A stretch of DNA of 63,031 bases, counting the filler, from Chiloscyllium plagiosum (lineage: Eukaryota): the NCBI RefSeq assembly GCF_004010195.1. It is 5 parts of one record of this genome, joined end to end, with 100 filler letters (N's around TTAATTAATTAA, not from the genome) between each part and the next. Parts side by side here need not be neighbours in the genome. Positions count along the whole stretch, not along the records: positions 1 to 17,502 come from NC_057710.1; positions 17,603 to 32,209 come from NC_057710.1; 3 more parts are not named here. The stretch is one strand, 5' to 3'. This document shows positions 12,625-24,969 of this stretch, piece by piece. Numbering within the stretch: the first letter of the stretch is position 1; each line of letters begins with the position of its first letter. Under the pieces are notes generated by a model that ran no database searches, was not told the DNA's origin, and was given only the letters and a program-made list of their open reading frames with translations. The translations under genes and the position numbers were made by a program.

Positions 12625-12755
12625 TCCACAATCACCTGATGAAGGAGCGTCGCTCCGAAAGCTAGTGTGCTTCCAATTAAACCTGTTGGACTATAACCTG
12701 GTGTTGTGTGATTTTTAACTTTGTACACCCCAGTCCAACACCGGCATCTCCAAAT
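12625..12755 (+). mobile_element. Penelope-like terminal segment, second family
   Basis: Same sequence as the ends of the GIY-YIG element at 19140-20292. Confidence 0.75.
12633..12667 (+). ncRNA. Minimal type-I hammerhead ribozyme motif, intact core
   Basis: CAC-CTGATGA-A-GGAGC-GTC-GCTCC-GAAA-GC-TA-GTG: helix I CAC/GTG, 5-bp helix II, palindromic AGCT helix III. Confidence 0.75.
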
Positions 12756-13331
12756 TAGCTCTGTTGAGACTTGAGCCTAAAACAGGGGAGAAAGTCTTAT
12801 TTTACAGCAGTGTTAGATTGCAGTGGGGCAGCAGTTGGAACTGTACCTGACCTCCATGATCAACTTCTTAATCAAGTTTAGGAAAGGAATCACAGCACAC
12901 CATAACAGTCAACGTATGCCTGTACTGTATTTAATGCAGTGAATAGAGCTCCCTAGGATGGCTTGTCTTGCTTTCATTGATGAGATTAAATTGCACCTCT
13001 CCACCTTCTTCCCACCCCCCAACCCCAACCCATGATATCACAACTTTTATTAAATTGACAAACTGAAAAGTTGTGGATTAACTTAGAGAAAATCCAAACC
13101 ACCTTCTTATGTTCTTTCTTCATTCTTGTCCTATGCATTGTCCTGTTGTTGATTTAAAATCATTCAGATGACATACAACCTTGGTGTTCTGTTTGACTGG
13201 GCTGTTGATCATGTCCCATATATTGTCCATATCCTATTCCTCTTCCCCTTCAAATTTGCTTTCCTGATATTAATGTGAATCTGGTACCAAGTCAGGGGGA
13301 TCTCCAGGCATTAGCAACTGTGTTATCATTA

Positions 13332-13531
13332 GTTAAAAATCACACAACACCAGGTTATAGTCCAACAGGTTTAATTGGAAGCACTAGCTTTTGGAACGCC
13401 GCTCCTTCATCAGGTGGTCGTCAGCGGTGCTCCGAAAGCCAGTGCTTTCAATTAAATCTGTTGGACTATAACCTGGTGTTGTGTGTTTTTTAACTTTGTA
13501 TACCCCAGTCCAACACTGACATCTCCAAATC
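13332..13531 (+). mobile_element. Fold-back element of the second Penelope family with TSD
   Basis: Inverted arms agttaaaaatcacacaacaccagg ... cctggtgttgtgtgtttttaact; TSD gtgttatca(t/c)ta at 13320-13331 and 13532-13543. Confidence 0.8.
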
Positions 13532-15066
13532 GTGTTATCACTAAGCATGGATACAATCACACTGCAGTATTCTCACAGACAGTAAAATGTGCTGGTTATC
13601 TTTCAGTTTTAGTTACATTTGACAGCGAATAAAATTAATAATTGTGGTAAGGGACTAACGCAGTATCACAAACAAACTTCACAATCAGAAATTTGATTTT
13701 CCGGGGTCAAATATCTTTCAGCAGTAATTATGAATTTAGTACATTTCTAACAAGCTAGTTGCACCTAATTCAACAAAGGTGCATTTTTATTTTTGACAGC
13801 GAGAAGAATAGTGTAAGAGGGCAAGTGGCTATTATTTCTAACTAATTGAAGTCTGTATAGAGGAGTCATGGAATTCAACATTGTACTCTAAGATATATAG
13901 ACTCACTGACAGAAACCTTTGGATTTATTTGTTTAACTGTTCATTTACAGTTCTTATTTCCATCAGTTTCAAAGGATTAAGTATAGTACATGCTCAGTTT
14001 CACCATCATTGCTACTGCAAAATTTGGGCCATTACATCAAAAGTACAATGTAAACACATGTTGTTTTGATTTCAGAACTGAAGGACATTTATACATAATG
14101 ACTAAGTTTGAGCAACAGTATAGATTAGAAGGATTTTGCTTCTGCATTCCAGAAATGTGGATTTGACTTGGAGAACTGTTAAAGTTGTGCTGACTGACAT
14201 TCTCCTTTGGAAAGAATTCAATGAATATTTAGGTAAAAGTATGACTGTATAAAGTATAAAGTGAAGACAGTGATTATAGTCTATCAGGGCCAAGAATACA
14301 TCACCCTTGGAATGGAACTCGTTAGGGCTGAATAATTTAGGCTGCTTACCAAGGTGAATAGCCTAAGCTTTATCAAATTACTTTAGGGGGTCAGGGAGAC
14401 AGTCAGTGATTTATTTGCTGAAAGATTTTACTTATGATTTTTTTTCCTTCTTTTAGAGCTAATTGATTATGATGGACTTGAATGAATATTCAGATGAATA
14501 ACCCCTTTCATCCAATACTCATATTTTTTTAATGTGCTTGACCTGTACTGAGCTTAATAGGCTCAACAAATAATCATGTTTGGCCACAGTTCCTATACCT
14601 GCACTATAGTGCTTCATCTTTGATCAAATTGCAATTGTCACCAGCTAAAAAGGTGGCATGTTCGCCCACCTTGCCTGCGCCAGCATGGCAGGAAATGCTG
14701 CACAACTTGCTGGATCTGGAGAAAAACCACGATTCCCTCCTTTTCCATTAGGAAGTAACTCAGTTATGCCTACAGCTATTGGCTTTTAACTTGTAAACAG
14801 CGCAGCATGCAATTAGAAAGAAAGAAATACTCTCAGTTCTATTGCATCTTTAACAATATTAAGATGTTCCAAAAAAACTTTTGAATCAATGACATACTTG
14901 ATGTTAAGAATTGTCTGTGTTGTATTATAGGGAAAGACAGTAGCCATGTAGCATTCTGCAAGGTCCCACAAGCAATAAAAAGTAAATGATCAATTAAGCT
15001 CCTGAGGGAATATTTTGATCAGATCACCAGGATGGCTCCCACTTTTTTCTTCAAGTGACCATCTGT

Positions 15067-15350
15067 GGGTGGCTTAGTGGCTAGCACTGATGCCTCTCAG
15101 CGTCAGGAAGTTGGATTTGCTTCCACCTTTGGGTGACTGTGTGGAGCTTGTCGATTCTCCCCATGCCTGCCTGGGTTTCCTCTAGGTGATTCATTTCCTC
15201 CCACAGTCCAAGATGTGCAGGATAGGTAGTTTAGCCATGGGAAATGCAGGGTTACAGGAATGGGGTGGCGGATAGATTTGGGTGGGTTGTTGTTCGGCGA
15301 GTCGGTGTGGACTTGAATGGCCTATTTCCGCACTGTAGGTTCTATGATTC
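15067..15350 (+). mobile_element. HE1-type SINE, diverged
   Basis: ggtggcttagtggctagcac head and conserved core. Confidence 0.8.
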
Positions 15351-15419
15351 CATGAGAGAACACATAGTCCCTATTTGTTGAGGAACAACACTGACAACTT
15401 AACATTCCAAGATCTACAG

Positions 15420-16015
15420 TCTGCAGGCAGGACAGGTGGAGAGTGCAAAAGTGGAGGGTGTGTCACATCATTAGTTAGGGAATCAGATACTGCAGTAAGG
15501 AGGGACGATATCTGGAAGGGTTAAATGAGGCTTTGTAGGGAGAACCTAGGGATAAAAAGGGGCTAGACCAACTGTTAGGCCCCTAAATAGTCAGTGGGCA
15601 ATTGACGACCAGACATGCAGTCAATGCACTGAGTGGGTGTAAAAACAATAATAGGGAAATTATATGACCAGATTTCAACTACCCCAATATTAACTGAGAT
15701 AATCATTGTATACAAAAGGTTTAGAGAGGGCAGACTTCTTGAAATGTATTCAGGAAAGTTTTTTTTTTTAATATCAACACAAAGATGATCCTATACGGGA
15801 CAGTGTAATGCTGGAGCCAATTCTGTAGAACAAAGCCACGCAGGTATTAGAGATGGCAATGGGGGAGCTTAGAGATAGCAACCACAACACCATCCATATG
15901 TTTTAAGTTTGTCATGTAAAGGAAGAAAGATGGTCTGCAAAGAAGAGTTTTGGATTGGGGGCAAAGCAAATTTTATTAAAACAAGGCAGAATTTGGCTAA
16001 AATACACTGTGTACA
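15420..16015 (+). mobile_element. Old CR1 endonuclease-region fragment
   Basis: Decayed RPLNSQ and DFNYPNIN motifs; homologous to 57720-58390. Confidence 0.6.
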
Positions 16016-16018
16016 GCT

Positions 16019-16655
16019 AGAGTCATAGAGTCATAGAGATGTACAGCACGGAAACAGACCCTTCGGTCCAACCCGTCCATGCCGACCAGATATCCCAAAC
16101 CCAATCTAGTCCCACCTGCCAGCACCCGGTCCTTATCCCCCCCAAACCCTTCCTATTCATATACCCATTCAACTGCCTTTTAAATGTTGCAATTGTACCA
16201 GCCTCCACCACTTCCTCTGGCAGCTCATTCCATACACGTACCACGCTCTGTGTGAAAACGTTGCCCCTTAAGTCTCTTTTATATCTTTCCCCTCTCACCC
16301 TAAACCTATGCCCTCTACTTCTGGACTCCCCGACCCCAGGAAAAAGACTTTGCCTATTCACACTATCCATGCCCCCATAATTTTATAAACCTCTATAAGG
16401 TCACCCCTCAAGTCTCCGACACTCCAGGGAAAACAGCCCCAGCCTGTTCAGCCTCTCCCTATAGCTCAAATCCTCCAATCCTGGCAACATCCTTGTAAAT
16501 CTTTTCTGAACCCTTTCAAGTTTCACAACATCGTTCCGATAGGATGGAGACCAGAATTGCATGCAATATTCCAACACTGGCCTAACCAATCTCCTGTACA
16601 GCCGCAACATGACCTCCCAACTCCTGTACTCAATACTCTGATCAATAAAGGAAAC
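16019..16655 (-). mobile_element. CR1 LINE 3' end
   Basis: ORFs 16401-16661 (LVRPVLEYCMQFWSP...LERVQKRFTRMLPG) and 16023-16370; (agagtcat)n tail. Confidence 0.9.
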
Positions 16656-17502
16656 CAACAAGAGGTGAGGCCATACTGGATTTGATTCTGGGTAACGAAC
16701 CAGGCCAGGTGTTAGAATGGGACAGTGACCACAATTCGGTGACTTTTACTCTAGTGATGGAGAGGGATAAGTGTGCACTGCGGTGAAAGATTTATAGCTG
16801 GGGGCAGGGAAATTATGATGCGGTGAGGCACGACTTAGGACGCGTGGCTTGGAAAAGTAGGCTTCAAGGGAAGGGCGTAATTGATATGTGGAGCTTGTTC
16901 AAGGAGCAACTATTGAGTGTCCTTGATAAGTATGTACCTGTCAGGCAGGGAGGAAAGGGTCGTGTGAGGGAGCCGTGGTTTAATAAGGAATATGTAAAGA
17001 TTAGGCGTGAAGGTTCAATTGGGGCGATTGAGAGTTATAAGGTAGCCAGGAAGGACCTGAAGAGAGAGCTAAGAGCAGCAAGGAGGGGACATGAAAAGTC
17101 CTTAGTTGGTAGGATTAGGGAAAACCCTAAGGCTTTCTATAGGTATGACAGGAATAAAAGAATGACTAGGGTAGGAATAGGTCCAGACAAGGATAGTAGT
17201 GGGAAGTTGCGTGTGGAGGCGGAAGAGATTGGGGAGACACTGAATGAATACTTTTCGTCAGTATTCAATCAGGAACAGGACATTGTTGTCAATGCGAGTA
17301 CTGAGTCACAATTAAGTAGAATGGATGGCTTTGAGGTATGTAGAGAAGAGGTGTGGGAAATCCTGGAAAAGGTGAAAATAGATAAGTCCCCTGGGCCTGA
17401 TGGCATTTATCCTAGGATTCTCTGGGAAGCAAGGGAAGAGATTGCAGAGCCATTGGCCTTGATTTTTATGTCCTCGTTGTCGACAGGAGTAGTGCCAGAA
17501 GA
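16656..17502 (+). mobile_element. CR1 LINE ORF2 fragment (endonuclease-RT linker)
   Basis: ORF 16823-17502: IRENPKAFYRY, LNEYFSSVF, KSPGPDGIYPRILWE; runs into a gap. Confidence 0.9.
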
Positions 17503-17602
17503 NNNNNNNNNNNNNNNNNNNNNNNNNNNNNNNNNNNNNNNNNNNNTTAATTAATTAANNNNNNNNNNNNNNNNNNNNNNNNNNNNNNNNNNNNNNNNNN
17601 NN
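17503..17602. other. Scaffold gap with artificial linker (also around 32254, 43111, 58436)
   Basis: 44 N + TTAATTAATTAA + 44 N = 100 bp. Confidence 0.95.
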
Positions 17603-18260
17603 GGCCTGATCCAGCTTCCAGATTTAAAAGCTGTGGCAGCTACTGCTCCAGGAATGCTGTAAGCTGGCCTTCCTCTTCCTGCTCGGGGAGGCCCAGCAAA
17701 CGAATATTTCGACGACCTCGATTATCGAGGTCGTCAATATGATTTTCCAAGGTCCGGACTCGCTGCTCGAGAGTCCGGACCTGATCCACGGCCGATTGAG
17801 CGGTATTTTCGGAGGTCGCAGCCTTTAACTCCGCCCCTCCGACTCGGCGTTCAATTTCCTGGATTTCTCAGTCGTGCTTCTGCAGCACGGCCGAGAGCGA
17901 GTCCCAACGATTTCTGGATTCTGCAATAAAGGCATCGATCTTCGAGTCCAGCTTGGAAATCATTTCTGCAAGGCTTGTTACTGTTGGTAAGTCCCCCGGG
18001 GCGGCTGTGGACGCCTCTGCTGCAGCTGGAGAGGGTGGGGGAGGGGTTCCTGCTTGCTGAGAGCTGCGGGCTCCCTTCCCTTTAGTCATTTTTACTTAGG
18101 ATTAAATTGTTTAAATGTAATATTACACAACTAATTAAATTACACAACTATTATAAATGATTTGGTGAGCGTGGTAGGGGGTGGGTGACCCACTGTACCC
18201 AAGTCTTGGGAGGAGCACTATAGACTCAGTCTTGCTGGGTCGCCGCCACCTTGGATCCCC
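17603..18260 (-). mobile_element. L1-clade LINE 5' UTR and ORF1
   Basis: ORF 17868-18089 continues past a stop to IDDLDNRGRRNIRLLGLPE, the L1 ORF1p DLENRSRRNN.RI.G.PE motif; 5' end ggggatccaaggtggcggcg. Confidence 0.85.
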
Positions 18261-19139
18261 ATATAATTTGTTTTAAGTTTGGGTTAGTGACATATGGGTT
18301 TTCTATGCATCTGAATTTAATAACTAGGTAGGATATATCTATGTAGCCATCGTGTCTTTTTTAAAACAGCTTGTGAGAGCTACCCTGGCAGCATTAATGA
18401 GCTTCTGTTTACCTTAAACTGTTTTGCAACTTCGCAAGTTAAGCACAGTGATTTAAGATCTGCTAGAACATTCTATACTTGGGTTTTTGTTTAGTTTAAG
18501 GAAACTCACCTTAGAGTAAGAGGTCATTTTTAGTTTTATTTTGTTTTGAGCTGTTCTGTGAAGTTCTTAGATCAAGATAATTTTATGGAGAGAAATATGG
18601 TGTATCGAGATAACCTTACAGTAAAGATGTATTGGGATAAAAGCTTAAACCTTTAGGTTTGAAGCGACCTTAAGCTGAATGCATTTAAGATTAGGGTAAA
18701 TGAATAGCTCCTGGAAGAAGCTATTCATATTTCAGTCTCGGAATTATAGGCACAGTTACCCTAAGCCTACTGAGCTCATAGAGTCATAGAGTCATAGAAA
18801 TGTAAAGCACGGAAACAGACCCTTCGGTCCAACTCACCATGCTGACCAGATTCCCAACCCAATCTCGTCCCACCTGCCAGCACCCGGCCCATATCCCTCC
18901 AAACCCTTCCTACTCATATACCCATCCAGATGCCTTTTAAATGTTGCAATTGTCCCAGCCTCCACCACTTCCTCTAGCAGCTCATTCCATACACGCACCA
19001 CCCTCTGTGTGAAAAAGTTGCCCCTTAGGTCTCTTTTATATCTTTCCCCTCTCACCCTAAACCTATGCCCTCTAGTTCTGGACTCCCCCACCACAGGGAA
19101 AAGACCTTGTCTATTTACTCTATCCATGCCTTTCATGAT

Positions 19140-20292
19140 TTGGAGATGTTGGTGTTGGACTGGGGAGTGTATAAAGTTAAAAATCACACAACACCAGGTT
19201 ATAGTCCAACAAGTTTAATTGGAAGCACTAGCTTTCGGAGCGCTGCTCCTTCATCAGGTTGTGGAGTATACGAAGGTAAGGCACAGAATTTATAGCAAAA
19301 GTTTACTGTGTGATGTAACTGAAATTATACATTGAAAAAGACCTGGATTGTTTGTTAAATCTCTCATCTGTTAGAATGACCATGTTAGTTTCACTTCTTT
19401 CATATGTAAATCGTAAAACTTTTTTAAAGTTACATTCTCAAGTGAACTTTAACAATTGGCGTCAGCCCAGATAATGTGTTGAAAGTGTGGGCATCCCTGT
19501 GGTGCTAGTGTCTGTAGCACAATGTTTAGACTGATTCTAATTAAAAAAATAAATTAACAGAATCTTACATGGATTCGTGCAGCTTTTGAGCAAAGTACAA
19601 TGTAACTCTGCAAGTACAAATTCACCCCACAAAAACTTATGTGTGTGTGTGCGCGTCGGTGGGGGGGGGGTGGTTGTGGGTGTCTGTGAGAAAGTGTGTG
19701 CATGTGTGAGTGTGAGTATAAAGGGATAGAAGTCTGTGAGAGGGTACATGTGTGAATGTGGGAGTGTGTGTGCGCATGCACGCGCACAGGAGTCTCTGTA
19801 TAAATGTATAAGTCCTGCTAAGATTTGTGTGTGTGTGTGCACCTGTGTGTGTGCATCTGTAGTGTGACATGAAAACAATGTCTCGGTTGAGGCCCTCCCT
19901 ACAGGTACCGAACTTGGCTATTAGCCTCTGCTCAGCTACCTTTCACTGCTGCCTGTCCTGAAGTCCGCCTTGGAGGATGGTCACCCGAAGGTCCGAGGTC
20001 AAATGTCCCAGACCGCAGAAGTGTTCCCCAACTGGGAGGGAACACTCATGTCTATTGATTGTTGTGTGGTGCCCATTCATCTGTTGCTGTAGCCTCTGCT
20101 CTGTTTCACCAATGTACCATGCCTCAGGACATGCTTGCCTGCAGCATATGAGATAGACAACGTTGGCTGAGTCGCATGAGTACCTGCCACATACATGGAC
20201 ACCTCCCACCTGATGAGGGAGCAGCGTTCTGAATGCTAGTGCTCCCAATTAAACCTGTTGGACTACAACCTGGTGTTGTGTGATTTTTAACT
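19140..20292 (-). mobile_element. Truncated Penelope-like element (GIY-YIG endonuclease) with inverted terminal copy
   Basis: ORF 19943-20248 NVVYLICC...WYIGETEQRL..MNGH...VGEHF; 19174-19258 mirrored at 20207-20292; degenerate TSD catgcc..tc.tgattt. Confidence 0.85.
19226..19260 (-). ncRNA. Minimal hammerhead ribozyme motif, intact core
   Basis: Minus strand AAC-CTGATGA-A-GGAGC-AGC-GCTCC-GAAA-GC-TA-GTG. Confidence 0.7.
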
Positions 20293-21642
20293 TCATGCCC
20301 CTCCTGATTTTATAAACCTCTATAAGGTCACCTCTCAGCCTTCAATGCTCGAGAGAAAAAAGCTCTAGCCTATTCAACCTCTCCCTATAGCTCAAATCCT
20401 CCAATCCTGGCAACATCCTTGTAAGTCTTTTCTGAACCCTTTCAAGTTTCACAACATCCTTCCAATAGGAAGGAGACCAGAATTCCACACAATATTCCAA
20501 AAGTGGCCTAACTAATGTCCTGTACAGCCGCAACATGACATCCCAACTCCAATACTCATACTCTGACCAATAAAGGAAAGCGTACCAAATGCCTCCATCA
20601 TCCTATCTACCTGTGATTCCACTTTCAAGGAGCCATGAACCTGCACTCCAAGGTTTGTTTGTTCAACAACACTCCCTAGGACCTGACCATTAAGTGTAGA
20701 AGTCCTGTTAAGATTTGTTTCCCAAAATGCAGCACATCGCATTTATCTGAATTAAACTCCATTTGCCACTTCTCAGCCCATTGGCCCATCTGGTCCAGAT
20801 CCTGTTGTAATCTGAGGTAACCCTCTTCGCTGTCCACTACACCTCCAATTTTGGTGTCATCTGCAAACTTACTAACTGTACCTCTTATGCTCGCATCTAA
20901 ATCATTTATGTAAATGACAAAAAGTAGAGGGCGCAGCACCAATCCTTGTGGCACTCCACTGGTCACAGGCCTCCAGTCTGAAAAACAACCCTCCACCACG
21001 ACCACCCTCTGTGTTCTACCTTTGAACCAGTTCTGTATCCAAATGGCTAGTTCTCCCTGTATTCCATGAGTTCTAACCTTGCTAACCAGTCTTCCGTAGG
21101 AAACTTTGTCGAACACACTACTGAAGTCCTTATAGATCATGTCTACTGCTCTGCCCTCATCAATCCTTCAAAATCTCAATCAAGTTTGTGAGACATGATT
21201 TCCCATGCACAAGGCTATGTTAACTATCCCTAATCAGTCCTTGCCATTTCAAATGCATGTACATCCTGTCCCTCAGGATTCTTTCCAACAATATGCCCAC
21301 CACCGAAGTCAGGCTCACTGGTCTATAGTTCCCTGGCTTGTCCTTACCACCTTTCTTAAACAGTGACACCACGTTAGCCAACCCCCAGTCTTCCGATACC
21401 TCACCTGTGACTATCGATGATACAAATATCACAGCAAGAGGACCAGCAATGACTTCCCTAGCTTCCCACAGAGTTCTCAGGTACACCTGATCAGGTTTCA
21501 GGTGTTAGGAAAAGGTTTGTTTCTCTCTGGTGTGAGTATTGTGTAAGATTTGCTTTTTGGTACAAGGGATACAGGTGNNNNNNNNNNNNNNNNNNNNNNN
21601 NNNNNNNNNNNNNNNNNNNNNNNNNNNNNNNNNNNNNNNNNN

Positions 21643-21850
21643 CGCCCTGTATTTGCAGGGGTTACATTCCTACCACAGATGCCTGAAACTGCGGATATTT
21701 GCGAACTCAATCATTTAAATGAGAAGCTTATCTCTCCGGCAGCCCCCTGGAATTAATTCTGAAATGTTCCTTGTAATATTTTCAGGCCATGGTAAACCAT
21801 AGATAACTGAAACTGCAGAAACCGAATCCACAGATATGGGGGTTCTACTG
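21643..21850. mobile_element. Tigger-like MITE, left end in a gap
   Basis: Right end cagatatgggggttctactg-TA mirrors left cgccctgtatttg. Confidence 0.45.
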
Positions 21851-22972
21851 TATTTTGTTTTGGAATTTGTAAATAAGTTTTCTTTGATTAATGGGATTAT
21901 TTCATTGTAGGTTTAAGAATCTTTGAATTTGTGCTATAAGTAAGTAGTATAGTTTATTCTATTGTAGCTTCATTTATCTTGGTTACTAAAATGCTGTTTT
22001 ATTGTTAAAACAAAATCTGCAACTTTGTATGCTTACGTTTCAGTGAGAGGCCCACTTTATTAAAACCAGAACAAAAATGTGTTGTATCTTGCCAGCTTTC
22101 AATTTGGGATCTGCCTTGTCAAGTAATAACACCAGCATCATGACAGCATCTCCTCCTGTTCTGTCTGAAAGTAAGGCTGACCCACGGTGCCATAATGTCC
22201 GCCATTAGTGGGATAAGGGGGCAGATGTCAAATTCACACCAGTTGGAACAGGGATTGAACCCTGCACTGCTGGTAATAAACTGATCCACACTGGCTGTCA
22301 AGCCATGCAGCTCCCAAGGAGAGAATGTATAGTGCGTGCATGAATCTTGTAATCCGGACCAGCTCTGTAGTAGATAGTAAAGATTTCAGTTTCTTTCCAT
22401 CACGCAATTGACCTGGAATCTCTCCCAATCTGACCAATAGTATAGTTTGGAAGCATTAAAGTTAATACTGACCTGTTCAAAAAGGTTATGAATGCACCTT
22501 CCTAAGCCAACAAGTTCTGGTGTAGAACTTAAACTTGAAGCCTCTGATCCACCACTGCATGCCATACCACAAGACTCCTTGCATGTAAAGCCACATTTAA
22601 TAACAAACATCAATTGCTATGCTGCTTATTTTGTATGATAATGTAGTCATTATATCGGATATCTGTTGCTGAGGATGAATTATCATTTGCAGAAACAGAA
22701 GGTAATTTCTTAATGATTGAACAGTAACTTGGTATAATTATCATCCAATTTTCTATTCATTTGGCCTTAATCACTCCAAATTCTGGACTAATAGGTAAAT
22801 TGCTGAAATCTTACAGACAATGGAGAAGATTTTTACATAGTACTGATCAGAGATAGGACTTAAACCTTCCATTAGGAAAATAATCATTGTGGCAAGGTAA
22901 AATGGAGATGTAGGCCTGGATCATGTTGAAGTCCCAGTAGACCAAATTACCCAGGATATTTAAACTTCTCAT

Positions 22973-23600
22973 TACCCAACTCTTAAAGGAAGACTTCAAC
23001 TCTGAGTTAGAGTCAAAGACCTTTTACATTACATTACATTACAGTGTGGAAACAGGCCCTTCGGCCCAACAAGTCCACACCGCCCCGCCGAAGCGAACCC
23101 ACCCATACCCCTACATTTACCCCTTACCTAACACTACAGGCAATTTAGTACGGCCAATTCACCTGACCCTGCACATCTTTGGACTGTGGGAGGAAACCGG
23201 AGCACCCGGAGGAAACCCACGCAGACCCGGGGAGAACGCGCAAACTCCACACAGTCAGTCGCCTGAGGCGGGAAGTGAACCCGGGTCTCTGGCGCTGTGA
23301 GGCAACAGTGCTAACCACTGTGCCACCGTGCCGCCCACACCTCTGACAGTTCCAATTCATAGTTACCCAAGAAATGTTAAGGGAATTAAAACCTAATTCC
23401 TAACAGCTGGGTAACTATAAAACCGACCACCACAACTCTCCACAGACCTGGTACCCAACTCTTAAAGGAAGACTTCAACTCTGAGTTAGAGTCAAAGACC
23501 TCTGACAGTTTCCAATTCATAAATGTTAAGGGAATTAAAACCTAATTCCTAACAGCTGGGTAACTATAAAACCGACCACCACAACTCTCCACAGACCTGG
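22973..23600 (+). repeat. ~150-bp tandem duplication, first copy carries a SINE
   Basis: tacccaactcttaaaggaagacttc...ccacagacctgg present at 22973-23451 (with SINE) and 23453-23600 (without). Confidence 0.85.
23024..23336 (-). mobile_element. Young HE1-type SINE
   Basis: Full head gggcggcacggtggcacagtggttagc, CpGs retained, (acatt)n tail. Confidence 0.92.
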
Positions 23601-24289
23601 CCAACTCTCATTTTCCCCAACCTTCCCCAACCTTCCCCAACGCCCCACCCCCCCATTATTGATAGACTCAACTCCCACCAAACCCCATCATCCACCTGCA
23701 ACAACCCACTTTACAGTGGGATTATAGGATCACTAAGAATATCCACAAGGTGCTGCTTTTGGAGCAAACCATAAGAAGAGTGTCAGAATGATGACAAAAA
23801 CCGCAAAACATTGACAGATATATTGAACTTTTAACTACTACTTATGCTTTTTTTGAAAGAAGGACATATAGTCAAAAGGTGATTTTGGACATACATTCGA
23901 TAGCTGCCTGGGGAAATACAAAGAGAGAGAGGGAGAGAACCTGGAATTTCAGACCTGATGAGGGGTCATGGAGCTTCAAAATGAAGGACCCAGAAGGGAA
24001 AATACACACTATAAATTATTTAAAGAAAAAAACTAAATGTTATAAGTCAACTCAACCCTAGTATCTGTGTGCGAGTGGAAGAGTGTGAGTTGATGTGCTC
24101 ATGAGTCGCAATGGGCTGATGCACTTGGGTATTAGATTGGGTTTGAGCACTAGAGTGCTGATAATGTCACAAAGAACCACCCACTAGCCACTCTTGTGTT
24201 GCAGGTAAATAGCTGTTTCGCTCTAAATACTAGAAGCCAGTGAGCCAGTCAAAAATAAATTAGACACAAGTAAGTAAAATGAAGAATTG

Positions 24290-24483
24290 CAAATCCTGGA
24301 AATCTGAAGCAAAAGCAGAAAGTGTTTGAGAAACTCAGCAGGAGTGGCAGCATGTATAGAGAGAAAAACAGTTAATGTTTCAATTCCAGTGATGAAAGAT
24401 CACTGGACTCAAAATGTTGGCTCTGTTTTTCTCTCTTCAGCTGCTCCCAAACATGCTGAGTTTCTCAAGCATTTTCTGCTTTG
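24290..24483. mobile_element. Old fold-back element (third family)
   Basis: Imperfect arms gcagaaagtgtttgagaaactcagca ... tgctgagtttctcaagcattttctgc; related fragment at 29140-29245. Confidence 0.55.
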
Positions 24484-24969
24484 GTAGGACAAAAGGAAGC
24501 CAGTCTCACACTGAGTGCTGCCAGTCAATGTCAGTGTATCCTTCTTCAGGTCAGGAGACCAAAACTACTGACAGTACTCCACTGTCCAACAGAAACAAAT
24601 GATAAAACTTTAAGCTGCCAAGCCATGAAGCCTGTTACCAATTGCTTGATCATCAACATTCCACTATCTCTTTTCATGAATGACCCAGACTCTGAACTTG
24701 TAATTTCTATCTTTTTATTGGACTCACTTCTCATTTCTAGTCAATGTTGCATTATTATTTCTCCTCGTGGTTAGTAACCAATGGACTCAGTCCTTTGTTG
24801 ATTCAAGAAAGCCTGGATAAATTCAATTAAATCTGAGAGAAATACAATGCACAAGGCAGGGATTTTTTTTCTAAACTAATCTTGTTGTAATTAACCAAGT
24901 CAGCAGGTGAATAAAAAAGGAGGCCAGCTCACTTCCCCTTACTCAGGAACTTAACAATTTGCAATATTC

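Larger units (their letters stand above)
18777..21495 (-). mobile_element. CR1 LINE (RT and 3' UTR) interrupted by a Penelope element
   Basis: NYRPVSLTSVVG, SGVPQGLVL, SKFADDTKIGG, LEYCVEFWSP; (catagagt)n tail. Confidence 0.92.

Noticed and set aside
23946..23975. CTGATGA-containing hammerhead candidate
   Set aside because: GAAA is replaced by AAAA and helices I and III cannot be formed
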